A stretch of DNA of 64,000 nucleotides, from the NCBI RefSeq assembly GCF_037042905.1, contig NC_087250.1, forward strand, positions 3,908,001-3,972,000, given 5' to 3'. Shown one piece after another: positions 40,801 through 52,800 of this stretch. This stretch comes from Lytechinus pictus. Taxonomy: Eukaryota. The notes under the pieces are model-generated. The model made no database searches. It was not told the DNA's origin and worked only from the letters and a program-made list of their open reading frames with translations. Numbering within the stretch: the stretch's first letter is position 1; each line of letters begins with the position of its first letter. The translations under genes and the position numbers were made by a program.

Positions 40801-43800
40801 CATCGTTCATTCAGACGAGAGGGTCCGTACCGTTGTTCTGGGAGCAGCCGGGTATACAGGTGGGAGTTCATAAGGTCAAGATGTCACGAGGCTTTGAGGC
40901 ATCAGCCCCGGCTTTTGACCGGTGAGTAGTGATATTATATTGCATGGCTCAGAATGGGACAGCAGAAATATTCCAAAGTAGTTTCAAAGTCGTTTTTGGA
41001 AATGGTGTCATATAGATTGGGACAATGTTCTGCTTTGAAATAATTATGATAATAATATGCATTTACATGTATATTCATTCGCTATCTACCTAGAAATAAT
41101 CTATTCCGAGGCGCATTATCATTATTGCCGTGGCTCGAGCTCGAGCTGCCTTTCAGCGCTCAGTGCATACAGGGGATTGATTAATCCTGCCGGGTACCCA
41201 TTCACCTCACCCTGCTTGAGTGCAACACAATAAGGGTAGATTTCTTGCTGAAGGAAAACACGCCATGGCTGGGATTTGATCCCATGTCCCTCTGATTGAA
41301 AGATGAGAGTCTTAACCACTAGACGACAATCCCCTCCCCCCCTCTTCTGAATGAGATATATGTAAAACTTGATTCTGAAGTATAACACTATAGCCCATCC
41401 CTATTAGTCTGCAATCACAGACTCATGTTTGACCCTTAAACCAATAACAGGTCTAGAGCAAAGACTAGACTCCAAAGACTCTGTGTGTGTCAAAAAATAA
41501 TAGAGCCAGCCACAGTGCACAGTGAATCTAGTCTCACTACTTCAGACTCTGTATTATGTACTATGCGAATTGCAAAAACCAAGGGTCTGTGTTTGCAGAC
41601 TACACCACTATTGACGTCAATTTGTACATTGATTTGTTTATTTCTTCAGTCATCTAACCATGTTGAAGGCTCATTACGGGGATCAAGTCATAGTCAACCT
41701 ACTCGGAAGCAAAGAAGGAGAGGATATGCTGAGTAAATCATTCCAGGTAAAAAACAAAGTACCACTATTATAGGGTCCGGTTTCACAAAACTTGTTATGT
41801 TTACCAGTTTGCAATATCAGTTTAAAGCTACTGAATCATTTGATTTGATAGGTTGATAGTAAACTTGATATAGAAGTTCATATTAGAATGAAATAGGGTT
41901 CTGCTGAACATGACTACAGCTGCCGGTATTACCAGTTCTACTTCTTCTCCTAATTCTCCTCCTACTACACCTATTAATACTACTACTACTACTACTACTT
42001 CTCCTTTGTCTTATTCTTCCTCCTCTTCCTCTCCTTCCTTCTCTTCTTCTTCTTCTCCTCCTTCTCCTCCTCCTCCTCCTCCCCCTCCTCCTCCTCCCTC
42101 CTCATTCTCATTCTCCTTCTTCTACTATATATAACCCTACCTGGTATTCTTCTATTTTCACCATAGAATCATCTAAAAGCCTCATCCCATGTTCAAGATA
42201 CCCCCCACATACTGTTTGACTATCATCAGATGTGTAAAGGGAAAACAGATAACCTCCACCTCCTCAAGAAAAAGGTGGCCACGGACGTTGACCGATTTGG
42301 TTTCTTTTACAGCGAGGGAGAGGAAGTCATACGGTAAGTCTTGTATTCCTCCTGATATTTTAAAAGGGGAATCCAACCCAAATAAAAACTAATTTTTAGA
42401 GGAAAAAGAAACAATCAGACAAATTGATAGGTGAACGTTTGAACAATATCGGACACACAATAAGAAAGTTATGAATTTTTTAAAGTTGTAAATATTTGTA
42501 ATAACTATACTTATGGAGACTTCAAATTGGCCACATATGTGATGTCATAGTGATGTTAAGGGGCTTTCACAATTACTTGTGCGATCGTTTGCGATCACTT
42601 GGTCACAATATATGTTACAAAGAATCGCAATGGATATAAGCAGTCGCACCACCAATTGTGAAAGGGGCAAGGACTACTCTTCCATGTACTGCAATATATA
42701 AAGTGGCCAATTTATTTTTTTCAAAAGTTTTACTTCATATATATTTTTTTTCATCAGGACATAAAACAATACACTACCTGGGTTATATTTAGATTACTGC
42801 CCCAGGGGAATGAGTACTTAGGAGAAAGCCACAAATCCCTTATAATTTAAATATATGGCCTATGGGGAAAGGTGTCCTTGCCCCTTGTCATAATTTACTT
42901 ACCCTGTTACCAATTGCAAATCTACATAGTCTTAGGGATCTCAATTTGAAAGCAGCAATAGCTTTCTTATTGCTTGCCCGATTTCTTTGAAATTTTCACC
43001 ATTTTTTTTCTTTCCAATATAACATTTTATGACGAAGGCTGAATTCCCATTCAACTACTTTCATACATGGGGAAAATAATAATTTTATTTAATAGAGAAA
43101 AATGAGTTGCCGGACAAAGACAAATATCTTGCAATTCCATCTGCTTTTGTTCGTTTTTTTCTTCTTTAATTTTGTCAAATACCACAATCTCGATGAGTTG
43201 TATAAAAACCAAATGAGTCAAGTCTTCATTTATCCATTATACGAACTATCAACCTATCTTCTAGGACCTCTCTTATTCATACTGCATATAAATGATTTTC
43301 AAAATTCATCAAACAAATTATCCTTCAATTTCTTTGCTGATGATTCTAGTTTATTTTTTTCACATAGGAATCCTCTAACCCTGATAGAAACAGTGAATTG
43401 TGAATTGAAGAATGTTATCTTGTGGGTTCAAGCCAATAAATTATCACTTAATTTTCAAAAGACAAATTATATGCTTTTTAGCAATTCCTAAAAAATGCTG
43501 CCTGGCAATGTAATGTTTAATAATGTCTGTCTTGAAAGAGTAACGTCAACTAAATTTCTTGGGTTATTTATTGATGAGAAATTGAACTGGAAACTTCATG
43601 TAAATCATCTCTGCAAACTGTTGTAAAAAAATACCGGTGTTATATACAAGTTGAGATCAGTTTTTCCTAAAGAAATTTTATTTATATTATATTCCTCATT
43701 AATTGTTCCTTACTTAAACTACGGTGTGCTTGCCTGGGGCAACTCACTTAAAACGCAATTGCAAAAATTATTCATTGTTCAGAAGAGAGCTATTAGAAGT

Positions 43801-46800
43801 ATATGTAATGTCAGTTATCGTGCCCATACAAATGTTTTATTTCATGACAATCACTTTATATAAAAGTGGAAGATATTTACTTTATGCAGCTAGGATCTCT
43901 TTTTATGTATGATTTTGATTCAGGAAGTCTCCCTTCAGCCCTGGCACTGATATTTAAGAAAAATAGTCAAGTACACAATTACAATACTAGACAATCTTCC
44001 ACTCTCCATATATCTCGTGCAAGAACAAAGTTCACTTTGGGCACTCTAGTTTGCACTGGACCCAGGTTTTGGAATGCACTTGGCCCTGACATTACACATG
44101 CTGTCAGTTCTACAGTGTTTAAACGAAAATTGAAATCTTATTTACTGAGTAACTATGGAAGTGATTCGTAAAGCCTATTTTTCGTGTGTTATTTATCAGT
44201 TAATGCTAAATTATCAATACTTAACATCCCCCCCTTTCCCGGGCCTGGCTGGTCTCTGTCCTCATGTCCCCTTTTTTGTCCCTTTTGTACATAAATGTGT
44301 CCCTCTTCTCTCCCCTCCTCTCTCTTTAGTTATCATATTATATTATATTGCCATTTCTTTGTTGTTTATCCAATGTTCTTTGAATTTGTAATGAGGAACC
44401 TTAATTTACAAGCATTGCTTCACTTAGGTCTCCTCGTCTTCCTTTAAAATTATTTCTTTTCTGTCTTAAGCTGTATAATGTATTTAAAAACAATGTTTTC
44501 TGCATACTCTGTTTTATATATACCTGTTTTATCATGTACTCTGCTCATTGTTTCATACACACTTATATGTTTGTCATGTATTCAAACTCAAAGTTGGAAG
44601 ACAAATAAAATGAACTTATGAACTTATGAACTTATCAACCCTCGTTGATGCTGTGTTCATTCCATTGCACTTAGCCTAACGGCTTTGTGCAATGGATTGA
44701 ACAGAGCCCCAACTCAAGTGAGGATAGATCGCATAATGAACTCATGTGCATGCGTCATTTTCTTGACCTCAGACATCAGACGGGAACAATCAGGACAAAC
44801 TGCCTCGATTGCTTAGACAGGACGAATGCCGTGCAGACCTTCTTCGGACAAGATGTAAGTTTAGGAGGCATTCTTTGGATACATGGATAGAGACATAAAT
44901 ACATATGGGCCCGCGACAGGCGATTTTGGCTGTCATGTGGTGGAAAAAAGAGGTTGTTGAGATATCTCAGAGTTGTGATGCCAAGCTATCAGATGTAATG
45001 TATTTTTAAATGGGAAATGGTGGAGGCATGGATTTAGAATGCTTGGAATTGAGGATGATAATAAATAATTGATATGCACAATTTATTTTGTGCTTAATGC
45101 AATGTTTCTAAGTGCTCGAGCATTCAAGGAATTCCTTCCTACTGGGTACCCATTTAGCCTACTACACCTTGATGGAGAGTGGCAAATGTAGATAGATGCC
45201 TTACTAAAGGACACAGGTGATGTGGTGAGATTTGAACCCCAGACCTTGTAGTTCATCTACTGAGCCACAACACTTCTACTAGAATCCATATTAAAATTCT
45301 TTTGTTAAGATTTTTTTTTTTTTCAATTGATTGATTGATTTTGATTATGTTACAGATGCTGGCTAAGCAGTTAGAAGCTCTTGGTGTTACTAGCAAACCT
45401 CAGATCATGTCACGATTCTTAGAAACATACAGGACCATATGGGGTTTGAGTGGTGACCATATTAGTAGGATATATGCTGGTACAGGCGCATTAGAAGGCA
45501 AGACAACGGTAAGTCAAGAAAAGATGTTACACCAGTCTTAGAAACATACAGGACCATATGGGGTTTGAGTGGTGACCATATTAGTAGGATATTCGCTGGT
45601 ACAGGCGCGTTAGAAGGCAAGACAACGGTAAGTCAAGAAAAGATGTTACACCAGTCTTAGAAACATACAGGACCATATGGGGTTTGAGTGGTGACCATAT
45701 TAGTAGGATATTCGCTGGTACAGGCGCTTTAGAAGGCAAGACAACGGTAAGTCAAGAAAAGATGTTACACCAGTCTCAGAAACATACCCGTCCATATGGG
45801 GTTTGAGTGGTGACCATATTAGTAGGATATATGCTGGTACAGGTGCGTTAGAAGGCAAGACAACGGTAAGTCAAGAAAAGATGTTACACCAGTCTTAGAA
45901 ACATACAGGACCATATGGGGTTTGAGTGGTGACCATATTAGTAGGATATGCTGGTACAGGCGCATTATAAGGCAAGACATCGGTAAGTCAAGAACAGATG
46001 TTACACCAGTCTTAGAAACATACAGGACCATATGGGGTTTGAGTGGTGACCATATTAGTAGGATATATGCTGGTACAGGTGCGTTAGAAGGCAAGACAAC
46101 GGTAAGTTGAAAAACAACTTTACACCAGTCTTAGAAACATACTGGACCATATGGGGTTTGAGTGGTGACCATATTAGTAGGATATACGCTGGTACAGGCG
46201 CGTTAGAAGGCAAGACAACGGTAAGTCAAGAAAAGATGTTACACCAGTCTTAGAAACATACCAGACCATATGGGGTTTGAGTGGTGACCATTTTAGTAGG
46301 ATATACGCTGGTACAGGCGCGTTAGAAGGCAAGACAAAGGTAAGTCAAGAAAAGATGTTACACCAGTCTTAGAAACATATCAGACCATATGGGGTTTGAG
46401 TGGTGACCATTTTAGTAGGATATACGCTGGTACATGCGCATTAGAATGCAAGACAACGGTAAGTCAAGAAAAGATGTTACACCAGTCTTAGAAACATACA
46501 GGACCAGATGGGGTTTGAGTGGTGACCATATTAGTAGGATATATGCTGGTACAGGCGCGTTAGAAGGCAAGACAACGGTAAGTCAAGAAAAGATGTTACA
46601 CCAGTCTTAGAAACATACAGGACCATATGGGGTTTGAGTGGTGACCATATTAGTAGGATATATGCTGGTACAGGCGCGTTAGAAGGCAAGACAACGGTAA
46701 GTCAAGAAAAGATGTTACACCAGTCTTAGAAACATATCAGACCATATGGGGTTTGAGTGGTGACCATATTAGTAGGATATACGCTGGTACATGCGCATTA

Positions 46801-49800
46801 GAAGGCAAGACAACGGTAAGTCAAGAAAAGATGTTACACCAGTCTTAGAAACATACAGGACCAGATGGGGTTTGAGTGGTGACCATATTAGTAGGATATA
46901 TGCTGGTACAGGCGCGTTAGAAGGCAAGACAACGGTAAGTCAAGAAAAGATGTTACACCAGTCTTAGAAACATACAGGACCAGATGGGGTTTGAGTGGTG
47001 ACCATATTAGTAGGATATATGCTGGTACAGGCGCGTTAGAAGGCAAGACAACGGTAAGTCAAGAAAAGATGTTACACCAGTCTTAGAAACATACAGGACC
47101 ATATGGGGTTTGAGTGGTGACCATATTAGTAGGATATACGCTGGTACAGGCGCATTAGAAGGCAAGACAACGGTAAGTCAAGAAAAGATGTTACACCAGT
47201 CTTAGAAACATACCAGACCATATGGGGTTTGAGTGGTGACCATATTAGTAGGATATACGCTGGTACAGGCGCGTTAGAAGGCAAGACAACGGTAAGTTAG
47301 GAAAAGATGTTACACCAGTCTTAGAAACATACAGGACCAGATGGGGTTTGAGTGGTGACCATATTAGTAGGATATACGCTGGTACAGGCGCGTTAGAAGG
47401 CAAGACAACGGTAAGTCAAGAAAAGATGTTACACCAGTCTTAGAAACATACAGGACCATATGGGGTTTGAGTGGTGACCATATTAGTAGGATATACGCTG
47501 GTACAGGCGCATTAGAAGGCAAGACAACGGTAAGTCAAGAAAAGATGTTACACCAGTCTTAGAAACATACCAGACCATATGGGGTTTGAGTGGTGACCAT
47601 ATTAGTAGGATATACGCTGGTACAGGCGCGTTAGAAGGCAAGACAACGGTAAGTTAGGAAAGGATTGTATTCCATCTTTATCTTAATTCCGGGGCCCTGT
47701 CTTTCAAAGAGTTACGATTGATCCAATCAATCTCAACTGAATAGAAATCCATCCATACCGTAATTTTTTCTACAGGAAGTTTGTACAATCTCCTTTGTAA
47801 ACAAAGAGAATCACACTGAATCTTCAAAAGAACGATGATTGTATGAATATACATCGTATCTAGAAAATAGTTTGAACAGATTTGCAATTTAGATGATGAC
47901 GTTGCTGGCTGTCCATAGTCCTGGTTGATCGGATCAATCGTAACTCTTCGTAAGACGGGCCCTTAACCTGCCAACTGCCCTGATTTGATCAGGATTGTCC
48001 TGATTTTCAACTTTCAAAATGGCCCGAAGTCAGGACGTCCTGATTACTGAAATTTAATGTGAGAAAAAAAAATTGTGGAAAAAATCACCATAGACCCATT
48101 CATGCTCCAAGTCTTCAATACATCTTTAAATAGCCCAGTCCTTTTAAGGTTAAATGTGCTACAATTCCGAGGGTAAGTGCCTTCTTCACCCCCTGCACAG
48201 GGCACTGCCTGCCTTTCCCTGAACCCCGCTGGGGGCTTCGTTGTCCCCTTAGACCTTTACACTAGCCTATCCAGCATCAACTACGACAAAGAAATGTATG
48301 GGCCCGTGCACAAGCATAGTAGAGTCACTATTGTCCCCAGACAATTGGGCCCATGAAATGCTTTGTAGGATCTGATGCTGGATACACGCCTGCTCTAGCT
48401 ATTGGGTTATCCGGATTTTGCAGTTTTAATGTTGGCAGGTATGTAATCCAGGTATAGACCAAGAGAGTTACAATTTTTTGGTTTGGGATATTGAATTAAC
48501 GATAGCTTTGAACTAGATCCTTTTCCATGAGTTATGGTCCGGGCTGAAAGTATTTATAGCTTAATAGAGTAGAATTCACTGAGCAAAATGCCGAAAATTT
48601 CAGTAAAATCGGATAACAAATAACAAAGTTATTGAATTTTAAAGCTTAGCAATATTTTGTGAAAACAGTCGTCATGAAAATTCATTAGGTGGGCTGATGA
48701 TGTCATATCCCCACTTTCCGTTTTCTTATGTTATTACATAAAATCATAATTTTTTCATTATTTCATACTTGTGTGAATAATAAGTCTCCCTTATGATGAA
48801 ATAAGTTGCAGCAATAAATATCTAATGCACTAAATCAGTTGCCAATCCAATTTTTCTAGTTCTTGGAGGAAAAAATTTGAATATAATAAAATACAAAAGA
48901 ACAAGTGGGGATGTGACATCATCAGCCCACCTAATGAATATTCATGACGACTGTTTTCACAAAATATTGCTAAAATTAAAATTCAATAACTTTGTTATTT
49001 GTTATCAGATTTTGATGAAATTTTCGGCATTTTGCTCAGTGAATTCTACTCTATTAATTAAGCTATAAATACTTTCAGCCCTGACCATCCCTTTAATCTC
49101 TTATGTTCCCTTACAGGCTGGTAAGCTCCGGGACGGTGCAAGATCGGTGACGCGAACCATACAGAACAACTTCTTTGATGGCACAAAGCAAGAATCTATC
49201 GATGTTCTTTTACTTGGAAGCTCATTAGTAGGAACCCTGGCGGACAAGGCTAGCTCACTCTTACCTAGCAGTCATTTGCATGGTGAGGCATATTTGTTAG
49301 ACTTGTGTCTGGGTGTTTTTTTTTTAATATACTGATGCAAGGAAAATAATCTTCTGTGAAGTTAGTAGACAAGGAGCTTGGTTGACAAGGCTAGCCTAGC
49401 TCACTCTTACCGCGCAGTCTTTTACATGGTGAGGCATATTTGTTAGACTTGTGTCAGGTTGTTTTTGTAACCTATGCTGCTGTAGTGAAAAGATATTCTG
49501 TGAAGTTAGTTGACAAGGAACTTTGTTGACAAGGCTTGCTCACTCTTATCAAGTTGTCATTCATGTGGTAAGATGTCTGTGCAGACTATTGTCTTTTGGT
49601 ATTCATTAAGAATGATATTCTCAAATGGCATAGCCAAATGATGAAAAGCCTGGCTATTTTGAATAATTTGATGGTGTTCATGATAGATAACAAATAAATA
49701 ATCATACCAAATCAATTTTCAAATCAATATGATGTGAAGAGTGATGTTTGAATCCTAGCTATGGCATAATTTCTTTCAAGTAAATGGTGAGTTAAATGGA

Positions 49801-52800
49801 TAGCTAGCAGGAATTTATTCCTTGAAATGCTTGTGCACTGGATAAGGCTGCCATGCTAAATCCGATGTAATAATACCAAGTCCTTTAAAAAGCCACATGA
49901 ACGTTATAAGTGCACTATACAAGTCTTATGTTCTATCATTGTTGTTATCATAAAAAGTGATATGCACTTTAAAGAAATGGCTATCATTTTTAATCCGGTA
50001 AGATATTAAAAGCCATTTCTTCTCTCCCTCTTTCAGCTTCACCGCACATTCTGCAAGGTGTGTGTGAGAGGGAGGGGGACTTCACATCGAGCTCGCGTTT
50101 CAGGATATGCGTCGGGACGTGGAACGTGAACGGGGGCAAGAACTCGCACAGCATCGCGTTCAAGAATGAATCTCTCGCCAACTGGCTTCTCGACAACCCA
50201 CAGGTCGTAGAGGAAACGAATCAAGGTGAAAAGCGTGGTGACATGGGCCCTTATTCTGAAGTCGGGTTTAATCTAAACTCTGGTTTAAAGTTGTGGTTTA
50301 ACTATGGATAGCCAATAGTGGCATAAACCTCTTAACAGCATGATTTCAATGTATTAGCTCACTTTTCTCTCAAATCATTCTAAACTGTTTCGGAAGGATA
50401 TGTAAGATAGCTTTCTTCGCTATTCACAAGTTAGGAAAGAGCACAGTAAACATAAAGTAATGTCCAATGTAAGGACAATTTTGACATGTTTGGCTTTTCA
50501 TAATTTTTACACAGAGTTAGATAATGGTCTAAGTTACTTCAGAATACGGGCCATGATGTTTGCTCCTGCTACAATTGTTTCAGGCTTTTTTTATTTCATC
50601 AGAGAATAGTATTGGGCATTCAATAGGATACAGATATTCAATGTTTATAAGTGCAATGGTAGACAAATAGCAAACAGGCATGAGTGTGGTGGTACAGGAT
50701 TTAGCAGGAGGTGAAAGAAAAATGCTCTTTTCAATGAGGCATTAGCCAAGTTGTAAAGAGTTCTCTTTCGTCCATGAAATGCGAAATGTCGTACCATTCG
50801 CTATTTGTGTTGTACGATGCCTTGGAAGTTAGCGAAAATATGAAGAAAAATCGAGTTTTTCCCTGCTTAATCTATGATAAAGGAGAAAAAAATATTGAAA
50901 GCGAAAAGCAAAATCTCTGAAAATTTTCTTTCACCTAATGCGAAATCTTGCTCCATCGCACTCATGCCTGTTTCGCTATTTGTATACTGATATTGATCAA
51001 AAGTGGATATACATATAACTGCTCTTTGGAGCCAAACTCTTCATGTAAATATTTCATTGGTTTGCTTCATCTTTCAGGTTGTTCAGAGATGGGCGTTGAC
51101 TTCTCTGTTCCGAATGACATCTATGCTATCGGCTTTGAAGAAATGGTGGATCTGAATGCAGGCAATATCATTAGTGCAAGGTGGGTCTTGTGACTTAAAG
51201 GGTTACATTACGGTTGTAATTGATTGAACGTCAGTTTTAGATGCCCCAAACAATTTCAAGTCTTGAAATAAGTAGCATTTTCCCACTGCTTTTTGTAAGG
51301 AAAGACAGAATTATATTTTCAGTCAGTTTTAGTTTCCCTATTCAATCACAAGCTAGCTGCAAGTTTGCACTATTTCTTTAGAGATTAAGAACAAACACAT
51401 TTACCTTCTTTAGTCAGTTTTACTTCCAGTAAATGATCACAAGTCTTGAAATTAGGTTGCAGGTTTGCATTATTTCTTGTTCAAAAAGACAGAATTATCT
51501 TGTCCGGCGCCACATTAATTTTAGGGTGCAACCTCGAGAGGAATTTCGCATGGACTCTGCTAAAACAACTCGCGATAACTTTGGATTTAAAAGAAAAGCT
51601 TTGTGTGTACACTGCAGAATGCCGTGCACACAGTACTATTGTGTGTGTGTGTATGCACAATAGACTTTCTGCATTTCTGTGTGTATTGTTAATCAAATGT
51701 GAAATAAGTTGAAGTTGGCATCTGTGGTATGATTCACTAGTTGAACAAAGCAGGCAAAGAATGAAATTCAACAAGAATTGCATTTTTTTTTCTTTCCATT
51801 TCTTGTAGTACAACAAACCAAAGAAAATGGGGAGTGGATCTCCAAAAGACGTTATCAAGAGAACACAAATACGTTTTACTGGTGTGTGAACAGCTCGTCG
51901 GAGTGTGCCTCTACATCTTCATCCGACCTCAGCACGCACCGTTCATCAGGTAAATTTTATTTTTGAAATATTTTTAATAACTCGTATTTACCCAGAGTAG
52001 CAACTTCACATGTTAGCTGATTTTCAAGCAGGCCCTCCATAACCTAATGTGCAATATGCCAGTTTGCAGTTCCATTCTGCGCATGATCAGAAGGTCATTT
52101 GTACTAAAGTGACATGGCGGTTTAATATTTAATGAGTTAAGCACCAACTTTGATGTCTTGATTATTCATACATTCTTTTGAATTGGGTTTTTCATTAGAT
52201 CCACAAAAAATAACAATGCGTCCATTAGCGACTGGTATTTCACAGTCGGCCAAGTGCACATTGATATAACAACATGCTAATGCATTCGTAGCATAAATGC
52301 AACAAATACCTTCATAGAGTGTTCATTGTGTGCTATTTTAGTCACCTGGGCCCGTCTTACAAAGAGTTACGATTGATCCATCAGTGTCATAATATTTTCT
52401 ACAGGAAATTTGCCCAATGTCATTTGTGAACAAAGAGAAGCACAGTGTATTTTCATGAAAACAATGGATGCATCAATATAAATCATAGCTAGAAAATATT
52501 TTGAACAAACATGCATCATACATGTTGATGTTGCTGGTCGTCCATACTTGTGATTGATCGGATCAATCGCATCTCTTCATAAGACGGGGCCCTAATCTAT
52601 GCAATTTCTGCATCCTGCTATGTAAGGCATGCTTACATAATATCTTGCTTTGAAATCTGCCTATCATAATGAAAGAAATGAAAGGTCATTTGACCAAAAT
52701 TGCCCATGAGGTAACTTCAAACTGGTCTATTATGACACTTCTCCATTCTCAAAATTGTTCATTCACCCCCTCCCCCCCTTGACATTCAAATTGATAGATT

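Noticed and set aside
41910..42134. Thr/Ser/Pro-rich ORF resembling a proline-rich domain
   Set aside because: Intronic microsatellite; exons 6 and 7 join in frame without it.
45509..47662. Dscam-like mutually exclusive exon cluster
   Set aside because: Copies lack the first 61 nt of exon 9, are 92 nt (not a multiple of 3), have purine-rich 27-nt spacers, and begin TCT TAG in the incoming frame.
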